From the human T2T-CHM13v2.0 reference genome, Homo sapiens, in assembly GCF_009914755.1 (NCBI RefSeq), contig NC_060926.1: a stretch of 64,000 nt of DNA, one strand, 5' to 3'. Both the position numbers and the translations under genes were made by a program. Below the pieces are notes generated by a model, which made no database searches, was not told the DNA's origin, and saw only the letters and a list, made by a program, of their open reading frames with translations. Below, piece by piece: positions 1 to 14,908 of the stretch; position 1 is the stretch's first letter, and every line of letters starts with the position of its first letter.

Positions 1-722
1 AAATACAAATTAAAACCACAGTGTGAAACCACTTCACACCCACTAAGGATGGCTACAATAAAAAATACAAACAACAACAAGTGTTGATGAGGATATAGAA
101 AAATTGTAACCCTCATACATTGCTGGTGAGAATGTAAAGTGGTACAGCCACTTTGGCAAGCAATCTTTTGAAGAACTCAAAAGATTAAACATAAAGTTAC
201 CATTTAAAGACTCAGTAATTTCACTACTAGATGTACACCCAAGAGAAATGAAAACATATGTTTACACAAAAACTTGTGTTTGAATGTTCATGGCAGAATA
301 ATTCATAATAGCCAAAACATGGAAAGAACCCAATGTCTATCAACTCATGAATGGATAAGTAACATGTTGTATATTCATATAGGAGAATATTATTCAGCAA
401 TAAAAAGAAATAGACTATTACTACATGCTACAACAGGAATGAACCTTGAAAACATTACACTAAGTGAGAGAAGCCAGTTGCAAAAGACCACGTACTGTAT
501 GACTGCATTTATATGAAATGTCCAGAATAGGCCAATCCATAGAGACAAAGTAGTTGTCTGCTAATGGGGGTACAGGTTCTCTTGATGGGGTGATGAAAAT
601 GATAATATGTATTGTAATGGTTGCAGAACTCTTTGAATATATTCAAAACCATTGATTGGTACCCTTTAAATATGTGAATTGTATGATATGTGAATTATAT
701 CTCAATAAAACTGTTAGCAAAA
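1..722 (+). mobile_element. Old L1 3' end (ORF2 tail + 3'UTR), L1MB7/8-like
   Basis: AAATACAAATTAAAACCACA...CTGGTGAGAATGTAAAGTGGTACAGCC ORF2 tail; 3'UTR TATGAAATGTCCAGAATAGGC...CTCAATAAAACTGTT. Confidence 0.8.
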
Positions 723-1469
723 GAGCAAGATTGTGCAAGGGAAAGTTTCTAGACACAAAATTTTTGATTGCAGACTATTTTCTTTGGTTCTGGCCCTATT
801 CACTCAGGCCAGCAAACTGTATTAGCGAAGAGTTGGCCAAAGCCCAAAGGAACTCTCTTGATCTGTGCTTTGCCCTGAGCAATTTATTTTTAAATAACCC
901 TTTGTCAAATTAGACATACACAGTCTAGTTTTGCATATACTCTCCTAGGGTTTTTGATGTTTTTATCTTAGGAGGACAGGGGCATGGAGGGTATGTTTTC
1001 TTGTTTGAAAGATGTGATGGGTTAAGGGCCAATTGTCAGTTTTAGTTTTCTTGGCCCCTGACTCATTCATTTTCAACTCCAACAGCTTCCAGTATCAATC
1101 ACACAAGAGCCAAACTCTCCATGAGCCAGAGAGATCTCCCCACTGCCCAGAATTTCTAATTTTCTTTCTTTAATGGATATGCAGCCGCTGCTCAGTGCTC
1201 TTGGAGATCTAGGTGGGAGGGAAATGATCCAAGGGAACCTTGTAAACAATGAAGAAATAAGAGAAGTTTTGGCGCCTTGGTCACCTGGTGCTGCAACAAA
1301 TTGTGAGGCCAGGGATAAGGTTCTGGGACTGGATTGCCTTGGAGCTGGTTGGGTTGCACGGGTTAGAGTGGAGTTCCACAAGTAGAGAACAGGAGCAAAA
1401 AACAATTGGGGTGGAAGAGTGGGGGGCAGTTCAGGTAAGCTAAGTTAGTTTGAAAGACTCAATTCTAAT

Positions 1470-2143
1470 GCTCTGGAAGCTGTACTGGACTGGTTTATGA
1501 AGCTCGCTCAAAGCCCCATAATCCACTATTTACTCGGTCTTGCCTGTATCCCTCCCACCCCTGTCCTCAGCCAGTGGCTCCATGGGAAGCCTGTTTGCTA
1601 CTACAGTCACGGTGCATGCTGTCTCACCTTAGCTGGGGGTGGTAAGGACCAGACTTCAGTGTGGTCTCCTTCTCACCTGCTGCTGTGGGATCCAAAGTAG
1701 CTCAAGCACAAGGGTCTGACTCAACTGGTTCTACTTCCTTAGCAGCTGTCCACAGAAGCCAAGTAATAAAACCTTGAAGTATGGAGGAATCAATGCCTGG
1801 TAAGGTGAACATTAACTAGTAAGAAAGAAACAGGAGTCAGGAGGGAGACAGCCAATGAATTCTCTTCCCTACCTTCCTTCCACCCTTCCACTGTTCTGTG
1901 CCACCATCATACCACAGAGCTTCTTCCATGACAACCTGGTGACTAAGAAACTGGCAATGTTTTCTTATGAGTCTATGACTAGCTAAGTAACACAGCACTT
2001 TGTATTTGCTTTCTCTGCTTCCTGGCTCACTTCCTTTTTTCCCTTCTTCTTCCTGCTCTGGGATTATAACCCCCAATAAAGTATGAGTACATATGCCTTT
2101 TTCATGCTCTGTTTTCTCAAAAAAATGAGCTAAGAGCTAAGAC
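1470..2143 (+). mobile_element. Degraded ERVL LTR, LTR16-like
   Basis: Internal CCCCAATAAA and 3' end CTCTGTTTTCTC...GCTAAGACA resemble the LTR16 family; 5' boundary approximate. Confidence 0.5.
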
Positions 2144-5007
2144 AGAGCTCAAGGCCAAACACTATATCTAGAGGAATCAAAGGAAAAGATGGAAGACGCA
2201 GGTCTGATGAAGATAGGGGCAAAATCAGAGAAGGAATTAATAAAAAGGGGGTGGTGAGTTTCCTGATTATCACAAATAGTGGCAGATATTAAAGGTTGCT
2301 GTCCTCAGAGAGTCCTCAGAGGAAGACGTTAATTACATGCTGTTACCATGTACAGAAATGTATATGTGCAGGAAATGAAGGAAAGTCATGTAGTATAAGG
2401 AGAGCCTGTAATAGTGAACTTGATTTAGTCTGGGAGAAAATGCCCTCTGAGGTAAGATCCAATACTGGGACCTGATAAACGGGTGGAAGTGAGAGAGAGG
2501 GGAGGCCGTTTCAGGCAAAAGGAATGACATCTACAAAGGCTCTGTAGTGTGAGGTACCATGCTGAGCAGGGGAACAGCAAGAGTTCTTACCATAGAGAAA
2601 AGTGTCTCCCAGTTTTGACTTTCATTTTTTAAAACCTCAATCCACAATAAAGACTATATTTTACATTTTAACCCAGTACCAATACACATATATGTGCTCA
2701 TACAATTGAAACAAAAAGTCATGAAAAAATATTTAACCTTACTGTGTTGGTGGTGGTGGTAGGGGGTTCACAATAGCCACTGACCTTTAAATGTGCATAT
2801 TCTTTGACAGAGCGGTACCACCAGGACAATGTACGATGGTGCTCACCGCAGCACTGTTTGCAATTGTTTACACACACACAATGAAACATATTAAGGTAGA
2901 TATGTAGGTACTGACATGGGAACACATACATGCCCAATTACAAAGAGAAAGAGAACAGTGTACATATGATGCCAGTTTGTTAAAAATCTTTACGAAGGAA
3001 CATATGCATAGAAAAAGGGACAGGGATGTACGAAAACTCTAGAAGGTGGCTACTTAGCAGAGGAGATTTTTATTTTCCAACTTTCGTATTTCATTATTCC
3101 TGCCTTTTAGACTACACATATTACTTTTTCAATCAGGAAAAATCATAAAAATACAGTTATAACAAATAGTCCAAAATAACTTGCTGTTTCTTGTGGGTGA
3201 TAATACAGGTCAAATGACAGTGTGCTTCGTTGGAAATTCAATTATTTTGGTAACTAAAGTAGCAAATTACATCAGATTTGACTAAACTGGGCATCTTGAG
3301 TTTTAGCTTCATAAAATCACCTTAACCCTGTGAAACAAAGAATGTGAGTATATCTTAGTTTTGACTTTCACTGGTGTTGCCTTCTCTTTTCATTGCTAAG
3401 AGACTTAAACCTGGGAAGCAGGTGGGCAAATGTCAAATGATCAAAGAACCAATCGTTAGGACTGGAGAGAGACATCCAAAAGCGTGCTCCCTTGGGGGAA
3501 ATTCCCCTAGTTATTGTGGGCCTGGCTATAAGAAGGTGGAAAGTTTTGCAAGAAGTGAAAAGCTTTCAGTAGCACACTTTCATTCGTCTTACTTGATTGC
3601 TTTTGCAAAATACTGCAATAAATCTAGAGAGTTATATTTGATCTAATTGCATGGATAAAACTCAACTCTTAAAACTTCGTACCCCACCAACGTGAAGCTA
3701 TTAAGTTGGTCTCTCCCCCTTCCTCCCTCTGTTACCCCATGTCTCCCTTCACCATTGTATCTTTAACTTTAGATTTTTCTGGTACGATTGGGCTACATAA
3801 CATTTCAGGCCGCCATATTAGATGGGCCATACAGTTAGGATAAACTCTCTATCTCAGAAGTTTCCCTGAAGCATTTAGAGTAATAATTTACTTCCTTTCT
3901 TCAGGATGAGAGTTTCTTCTTTAAAATATTTAAGGTGTGGCTATATAATCCTTAGATTCTTGATATGAGGCAAGAGAACAACAAATCTTTCTGGGGGTGG
4001 TTTTTAAATTAATTTCTGAAAAGGTAATGTTTAGTGCTGAAAGGACCAGAGTCTGCTTATCCCACTCTCTCCCTAAATAAGAAATGCAACCTTCATGCAC
4101 AGAATCATCCTCACCATATAAAATGAGTGAGAAGAAACCTAATCTTTCTTCCTGTGGAACACACTGCTTTGGCAATGAGCCCAGTCATTCAGGAGTTCTC
4201 CAAGATCTGTTATTTAAATCCAACTCATTATGACTGATTTGAGGCAGGAAACCAAAATGAAAAGATGGAATAAATATATTTTTGGTTTTTCCATCCTGTC
4301 CCTTCTCGCCATCTCCAATTTTAACACAAGTGCTAACTCTGAGGTTGGGGTTAGATATACAGACACCCCAACATAAGCACTCCATTAATCCAAAGCTAAG
4401 CTTTCCAAAAGGTCCTGTGGTTTCAGATAAGATGGGATGCCACCATATTCTCAAGTAGACAGCAGCCAGCTGAATTCCAAAATTCTCATGATATTGAACT
4501 TAAAACACCCCTTACTGTAGCTTAAATTCCAACTCCTTCAGGCTGAAAACATCCTCACAAGATGTGCTCTTTTTTATCCCTAGAACCTGGCACAGGGTCT
4601 CACGGGTATTCAGGAAATGTCTTCTGAATGAAACTCTTAGGTCTATAGGTCTGTGTTTCCCCTATCTTTCCTCACATTCCACAACTGTGGCTACTCAATC
4701 ACTTCTCAAAGCCCTTCTAGTTTGCTCGTAATTAAAAACAATTTATGTATAATCCATCGGGAATGTATTTTTGTTTGTAGTGTGGCAATATAATTTTGCC
4801 CCAATCTGAAGTGCCATTTCTTTACATTATATTCCCATTGATTCTGAATTTTTTTTTCCCCTCACTTCGATAAGCTGGTCTATGAATTGTTTTATTCCAC
4901 TCTTCTTTTCCTGTGTTAGTAACATACTATTTAAATGATGGCAGCTTTAGAGTATACTTTAATAGCAGGGCAAAGTCTCCCAAACCATACATACAACTCA
5001 ATTATTC

Positions 5008-5137
5008 TTTTTTTTTTAATAGAGACAGGGTCTTGCTGTTGCCCAGGCTGGTCTCGAACTCCTGAGCTCAAGCAATCTGCCTGTCTCTCAGCCTCCCAAA
5101 ATGCTGGAATTACAGGTATCAGCCACCACACCTGACC
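5008..5137 (-). mobile_element. Free left Alu monomer (FLAM_C-like)
   Basis: Single ~130-bp arm with poly(T); AATTATTCTTTT on both flanks (TSD). Confidence 0.8.
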
Positions 5138-5413
5138 TGAATTATTCTTTTGAAGTATTGACTTGATTTTTCTCACATACTTTTCCAAATAAGTTTTATT
5201 TTTAAGTTTAAATAAACATTGGCAAAGCCTATTGGAATGATGATTAAAATTGTGGCAAAAAAGATCATTTTTGGAGGACTGGTTTTTCTAGAGTACTAAT
5301 TATAGCCTTACAATTTAGGAAAATGGTATACCTTAATATTTTCTGCTTTTTAAATATTCATTAGTAATGCTTTATAATTTTTCTTCATATTCATCTTTTA
5401 TATTGCTTGTTAG

Positions 5414-5715
<302 letters not shown>

Positions 5716-6439
5716 AAGTCTAAATATTTTATAGTGTGTTGTAATGAATAGGGATCTTTACTCCATCATATTGTTTTAACATGATTTTTTAGATGTTTAT
5801 TTTACATTGAACCATTTTGTGGAATTCTTAGATGTTCATTTATTCACCCAATCAATATTTATTGAGTAATTGTCACATGCTGGGCATTTTTCTAGATATA
5901 GGGGATAAAGTAGGGAACAACATAAATGTATATTAAGGAATACACTTTGCTGTAAGCCCCCACCCCGCTCCCCTCAGCTTAAATGAATGAGGAGTTTTGT
6001 TTTTTTCTAACAAAATATGAAGTCCAATGCAGGCAGTTTGGGGCTATTTTGGTTACTCCATAATGTCAAGATAAATTTGGAAATTTTCAGTCTTTCTGAT
6101 GTAATCTCCAGCACCTTCAGCATTCTATCTGCATTCCAAGCAGGAAGGAGGGCAAGGACAAAGGTTAAGAAAAGCATGATAGCTGAGCTGCCTGTGCTCC
6201 CCACACTTTCTAACTTTCCTAGAATTCCATCCTATGACTTTTGCCTACACGTAATTGGTCATGTTCACATCCATTAGCCACGTCGTTGCTCCTCTCCAGG
6301 CAGGATCTTCTTAGAAAGAAGGGGAGAAATCTGAACAAGCATCTAGCAGGCCGTGCCATGAGAAAAAATTCTTGCTCTTATGAAGTTCAAAAATTTTATA
6401 GCTGATGGTCTTGGATTTCAACAACTCAGCCCTTGGACC

Positions 6440-8600
<2,161 letters not shown>

Positions 8601-9336
8601 ATAAATGCTTTCTCATATGCCATTTTAAGTTTGGGAAAAGGAGGTCTGCAGAAGTAAAGATACCAGCTCAAAGGCACACTGTGGATTACTAGTAGAATAG
8701 GGACTAGGAATAGAATATAATGCATCACCATGCACACTTTGCAGTTATAAATGAGATGTGGCTCCTCATTTTATAGCTTAGGCCTTATACCAGCCTCCAC
8801 CATGTTTGGGCTGGATGGGACAAACTATGCAATCTAGTGCAATGTCAAGTCCTTATTGTGTCCATGAAAGCTTAGCTGCCAGGTCAACAGAGCAGCTTTA
8901 CACTGTCAACTTTTCTTGTTCCTATATCCGAAGTGACCAGGGAGAAGGCCTCTTCCCCCACAGAATTCGTGTGAACTTGTATCTCGAGCTTCAGAGTAAG
9001 AGTCTTCAGGTACACATCATTCATTACTGATCTATAGATTATGAACCTGGAAGAATATTGGGAGGAGTGAGTAGGAAGATCAACTTAAAGTTATAACATT
9101 AAGATATATCCACTATCAGTTAAAGACCACTAAGAAACAGAGGAAAAGCATTTCAGAAATGAAATTGCTAGGCAAATAGTTGTATATATCAAAAAAGTTG
9201 ATATATGCAACTTTTAAGGAACCTACTGCATTAAAAAGATCTACATACACCAGTTGGATATGTATTTTGAAAACAGCAAACCACCAGGTAGAACTATCAC
9301 GAAACATAGTCACAGTCACTACTTAGTGACTACTAC

Positions 9337-9458
9337 TAGTTGACCATATGATTTATCATCCAAAATGGGGCACTCTGAGAATAAAAAGAGGCAATATTAA
9401 AAATTATGCCAGGACAATGGGTGTTTCCTAGGCAAATGAACAAGACTGGTCGTCTTTA
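9337..9458 (+). mobile_element. MER94-like hAT-Blackjack non-autonomous DNA transposon
   Basis: TGACCATATGATTTATCATCCAAAATGGGGCACTCTGAGA...ATTATGCCAGGACAA...TGGTCGTCTTTA resembles the recalled MER94 consensus with degenerate TIRs. Confidence 0.6.
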
Positions 9459-9908
9459 GTAACTATCCCCTACTTATCACGCATGGAGAAAACCAGACAC
9501 TCATTCAGTCATACAAATATCTTCATCAGGCAAATCAACAGCAGCAGCAGTAGTCAGAATGAACAGGATACCAGTCCACTGTGGGCTTTATTTTGATCCT
9601 GAATGGTCATGCTAATCCTTACCATCTCCACTAAATAAAAATGGAATAAGAGTCACTTCCTTTATATACTTGTTTTTCTTGTCCCTTCACACCTGATCTA
9701 TATTTGATCTTTAAAACGGCCATTTCTATCCCCATTTGAAGTTTAATTCTGATTTAAGAAAGGACACACTCTTCTATGCTAAATCAAACAAAACCATTCT
9801 TCAAATTTTCAAAGGCTTCCCTCTTCTCCAAAGGTTGCATAAACCATATCTTTTTTCATCAAGACTGACTTCTAGGTCATTCACTGAATCAACATAGCAA
9901 AAAACAAG

Positions 9909-10538
9909 TCACTAGCCACAAACATTTATTGTTGGGGTCAATACGTATATCCTTTTGAGAAGTGTTTCGAGCCATTCATTTGATAACTACAAACACGTCA
10001 GAATCTGTTTTACTGGTATATTTTTGGCTTGCATGACAAGGGAAAAGAGATTATTGCAAAATTATGAATGAAGTCCAAAAGGCCTGATTAAAAAAAAATC
10101 TATAAAATGGAAGGATTAAACACTGCCCAGCCCTACTGTGTCAACAAAGACGGTACAATTCAAATCAAGAAGACAATCCCATACAAGTCCAGCAAGGCAG
10201 ATGTTGGCAAGTAGAAGTTAAGCAATCTGTTATACAAAATGCAAAAGGAGTTAAAGATAAATTACAAAAAATAAAAAACAAAATTTTAGTCAGAAAACTA
10301 TTACTACATAAAGCCATATAAGAATGTGTATTAGTTGTTTCCTTTAAGGGAAAAGGAAATCAAACTGTTGGTTTTCTATTTATTCAGAAGAAAAAATAAA
10401 GGAAAGTGTTTGGAAAATATTTCTGATATTAAGTGAATTATTTCTCATCTGCTACCTAGAGTTTACAAACAACTGACTTATCCTTGTCAATCTGTGGAAA
10501 TGAGAAAATAAAATCAGCGTCTGGCCTTCGTGGGATAC
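9909..10538 (-). other. SRBD1: SRBD1 3'UTR (3' end approximate)
   Basis: Non-repetitive AT-rich sequence after the TGA; AATAAA at 9925-9930 followed by a GU/U-rich downstream element. Confidence 0.8.
9925..9930 (-). terminator. SRBD1: Likely main SRBD1 polyadenylation signal AATAAA
   Basis: TTTATT on + strand; on - strand followed by TGTTTGTGGCTAGTGACTTGTTTTTTGC. Confidence 0.75.
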
Positions 10539-10828
10539 TCATAACACCCGAATGAGGTCCAGAGTAATCCTAGATCGGGGGATGTCAATGTTGAGTACTT
10601 GGACTTCCACTCTTTCTCCGGGGCCCAGTCCAAGGCTTCTTCTCTTCTTTGTTTTTGAAAGTTTTGCTTCTGTTACATTTCGTATGGGAATCAGCCCAGA
10701 TTTCCCCACTCCTATATCCACAAAAATTCCAAAGAGAGTGGCATTCTCAACTTTGCCTGTAAGAACTGTCCCAATCTGCAGATCTTCCAGGCATACTATG
10801 CTTCTCTTGAAATCAGGTTTATCAAAAT
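10539..10828 (-). CDS. SRBD1: SRBD1 last coding exon, S1 domain: (D)[51 protein letters not shown]...[10 protein letters not shown]
   Basis: Acceptor TTTTCTCTTACAG| at 10829-10830; 290 nt = 2 + 96 codons; S1 motif GxVxNxTxFGxFVDIG; TGA at 10539-10541. Confidence 0.97.
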
Positions 10829-13800
10829 CTGTAAGAGAAAAAAAGTAAGTGTAAATAAGGCATTGTACTTCCTAGATACAACATAACTTTGTGAATAAGT
10901 ACTTACTACATACTATGTGCCCAGACCAATATTAAAGATTAAGGGGGGATTATAAAAGGAGCTGCAGACCAACGCTTGCCTTCAGAGAACATGCATATCA
11001 GTTGGAGACAGCATTCATGCAGTAGAAACAATTCAAGAAAATTTACTTCCTTCTACAATGCTACACACTAGCATTATACATAAGGATCGAGAAGACAGTC
11101 TTATTTTCCTCTTTGTGAAGAGGTGATGAGAATATATATTTGCTTAACAAATATACAAAGCTAAACCACAAACACTGAGAAAGTAAGACCTTTGGAAACA
11201 AGAGACTGGAAGCTTTTTTTTTGGTATTCCCCCCAGTGCCTGGATTATTAAATTGTTTAAAGATGGTAGAAAGTACATCAACTTTTGGCCAAATGTGGAT
11301 GAAATTCAAATGTTCTTTCTTCCTCACTTCTTCCCACAAATTTGGAACTCAGAAAATCAATTCCCACCTATTTCATATATATTTATCCAATCAACATTTA
11401 TGGATTCTTGATTATCTATGGCTCAGAATCCCAGACCAGGTAGTATCTAATATTCTTTCTCTTCTTTCAATTAAATTCATCAAACATTTGTTAACTCTAT
11501 TATCTCCTGGCCAGGCACTCTGCTGGGTGCTAGAGAAACAATGATGAAGATACAGATTTCTGTTTCCAAGTTCTTTATAGCCCTTTTTTCTTGCTCACCC
11601 CAGCATACATTTCTTTGTTCATTATTGTCCAAAAGGTAGGCATAAAGCATGCCAAGGAATCATTATGGTTCTAGTTAAAAACAAAGGTTTTTATGAGGGA
11701 GACAGTTAGAGTTAGAACTAACAGTTTAAACGGGGCTGTGGATTATCTGTGGACTCCATTTATCCATGCTCCTCCTGAAGGCCCCCTTTCCTAGGATTAC
11801 TGAGTGTTGACTCTAATAACAAAGAACACATTCTATGCTTGGATCTCCTTTTACTAAGGCCTCATTTTCCCCTCCACCCATTCCATTTCCTTTTCCTCCA
11901 CAGCTGTTGGCTTTATCCTGATGACTTGTTAAAGCTATCCTTTACATTTGTATTAACAACTGGTCACCCCTTTCTTCCCTTCCCCCAGTCCAACCATACT
12001 GATACCAAGACGTTTTAAAAATTAAGCTTTTTCTTATAAAACAAAATAAAAACCTTCTTTAAACTCCAAATCTCACTGTACACATAAAAATGAGTACGCT
12101 AAAATTGGAATTGATTCTGTGGAATTTTACCTGATGCTAAAGCAGTGAATTCCAAAAGCAAGAAACCTACTGTAATGTAATATTACACCAGGCTAAGGCT
12201 GTGTCAAAGCAAAGTGGAACTAAGTCACTGATCAGGGGCAGAGGTAGGACGGGTCTCCGAGACCCCATAGGCATTGTTTTTATGCTTGGAAATTCTTTCT
12301 CTCTCTCTCTTTTCTTGGGGAGGTCCAGCTGCTGCAGATTCCCTAAGGGTTCCTGATCAGCTGTTTAGTTTAATCTTGCAAGGAAAATCAGAGTCAGGAA
12401 CTACTTAACATATTCCTGAAGACAGTTGGGGACACTGAGAAATCAGAAAATCCTCTGTGTACCATGCAAACTTTAACACTTTCATAGCCAAGCATTTTCA
12501 GCCCCTGTGTCTGGACTGCTTCTAATAAACCCAGTTAGGGAAATTAACTAGTCACCATAGTGTTAATACACATGAAATTAATTACACCATTGACAAAACA
12601 AAAGACAGAATTATTATGAGTAAAGAATGAGGCATTAAGAAAGGAAATACTTTTGAGAAAATGGAGAAAAGAGATGTAACATAAAATATCATCACGTGGA
12701 AATGCCCAAAATACTATCTGCCCCCTCGAAAGTATAGTTTGTAAGCCTTCCTCACCTTGGGTATGTGTTTAGTAGTAAGATGAAAGTTCTCAGACATTTT
12801 GAAAATTGTGACTTACATTAGAGCAAAGGTCAGTTCCAAAGTTTTTTTAAAGAGACCTATTTAAAACTTCACTTGCCACACTGATAGAACACTGCAGTAA
12901 GTGGAAAGCTCAGTCCAGAGCCCAGATGCATCTGTCTTTTTGCTCAACAACTTGGTAGTTTAATTGGACCATATAATTTGAGTGTTGATCTTTGCTCTGA
13001 GTCTACAATGCAACTGGGATAATGGAACAATCGACACTATGACAGAAAAATGAAGATGGATGCGAAAAATCCAGTACAGGATACCTGCAGTTACAGCATT
13101 TTTTGCCAACCCTCTAATGCAAAGGGTGCAGCCATACCACCTCCAAATCCAGTATTTTTGAGAACCATTGCTCCACCTAGTACTCCTGCTAAAAACCAGC
13201 CCAGAAATTCCCATAAAAGGATACTGGGCCTCCAAATGGAGATGGATTTGTCTGCTGAAACATCCACATTGTGTGGAGGACTACTAGGAGGCTTCTACTC
13301 CCACATTTTTGGCATAGTTCTTACTGGGTGTCATTTTATTTTTCTTTAACTTAAAAAAAAACAAAACAACCCTACAGAAGAAGGAATAGTACAATGAACT
13401 TGCTGGATGTATTTCAAAACTCCTTTAAACCTTTTCAAAGAAGTATGTCTAACCATCTCAATGCAGCCTAAACCAGAATAAAAAGAGCCAAGCCCTAAAC
13501 ACGGAATCATCAAAACTGGTTATAAGACCAGTGAGCGGATTCATTTAAATCTCAGGGGTTCCTATTCAAACTTCCTTGGGAAGTAGGTCATTTGATACTG
13601 TAATTCTTTTTCACTGGGTCACTGCTCTCAACAACTATGGTTGTTACATGGAAGTATAATTCCCTCACCATCTACCTGTGCTGAAAGCTGAGAGCACTTT
13701 TAATTAGAAGGAAAATCAACAGAGATATTATCTTATTTGTTCAATGGGTTCATTGACACAGAATCCAAGAACTTGGAAAGCTATAATTTAGGAAGAAGAT

Positions 13801-13959
13801 TCACCTTTTAGCTTGTGAAGGGACTGCTTTACCTTGCACTTCTGGCTCCCAAGAGATAAAGACAACTTACAAAAGGACCATAAAAAAATGTGTGTCTCCA
13901 TGCATACAGCAGTACATGCATGATGCATTTCGTTTAGTAAATGGGAAATACACAGTGAA

Positions 13960-14140
13960 CAAGGGGTCCAGGGAGACCACCTGGCTTCTAGCTTTGGCTC
14001 TGGATATTAATTATAATGACTTTGAAGGAAGATCACCATGCTTTATTTTTCTCATGTATAAAATGGGAGAATAATATCCATTCTGCTTATGGCATAGGAT
14101 TGCTGTGAGGATCAAAGGAGATAATGGGAGCTATGCAAAT
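13960..14140 (+). mobile_element. MIR
   Basis: TTTTCTCATGTATAAAATGGGAGAATAAT...GGATTGCTGTGAGGATCAAA core. Confidence 0.7.
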
Positions 14141-14173
14141 GCAAGGTGCTATAATTCAAGTTCAACTGTTTAC

Positions 14174-14358
14174 CTGTTCGAAAGTCAAAGCTTTCAGGCT
14201 GGCTGAGACCATCTATGATGACCTGTAAGGTGTGTACTGTTGTTTGCAATCTTTCTGCAATTTTCTCCATTCCTTCCTTTTCAAGGAATGAATTTATTTT
14301 TTGTTGCATTTCAGGCTTTCCAACCTCATACAGTGTCCCTCCAATGGATGACAAAAAC
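14174..14358 (-). CDS. SRBD1: SRBD1 penultimate coding exon: (R)[61 protein letters not shown]
   Basis: Acceptor TTTTTCCACTGCAG|, donor CAG|GTAAAC; 185 nt, phase 2 to 1, matches both neighbours. Confidence 0.97.
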
Positions 14359-14613
14359 CTGCAGTGGAAAAAATAAAAAGCGCAACACTTAACAATATTA
14401 CTCCTTTTGCAATCTCCTTATACAGATCACCCTAAAATTCATTCATCTTAGACCCATAGGTCAATCAATCAGTCTTTATTGAGAATCTATTATGTGTCCT
14501 GTGCTGTAAACTGTCCTGAAAAAGAAAAGGCTGAGGGAGAGGGAGAAAGTGGATTAAAGATTTTTGTGCTATTTATCAAATGAAGCACCTGCTCAGAGTC
14601 AGCACCAAAAACA

Positions 14614-14908
14614 TTTTTTTGTTGTTGTTGAGACAGTCTTGCACTGTCACCTAGGCTGGAGTGCAGTGACAAGATCTCAGCTCACCACAAGCTCCGCCTC
14701 CTGGGTTCACGCCATTCTCCTGCCTCAGCCTCCCGAGTAGCTGGGACTACAGGCACCCGCCACCACGCCCAGCTAATTTTTTGTATTTTTAGTAGAGACG
14801 GGGTTTCACTGTGTTAGCCAGGATGGTCTCGATCTCCTGACCTCGTGATCTGCCTGCCTTGGCCTCCCAAAGTGCTGGGATTACAGGCGTAAGCCACTGC
14901 GTCCAGCC
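14614..14908 (-). mobile_element. AluY
   Basis: GGGTTCACGCCATTCTCC and GTGTTAGCCAGGATGGTCTCGATCTCCTGACCTCGTG diagnostics; TSD AAAAA(C/T)ATTTT. Confidence 0.92.

Noticed and set aside
10552-10848. Plus-strand ORFs overlapping SRBD1 exons (also 39439-39648 and 34492-34728)
   Set aside because: Antisense shadows of real coding exons
12960-13370. 99-aa ORF (13050-13349) followed by an A-rich run, possible processed pseudogene
   Set aside because: No recognisable protein family, no TSD, no canonical poly(A) signal; a BLASTX search would be needed
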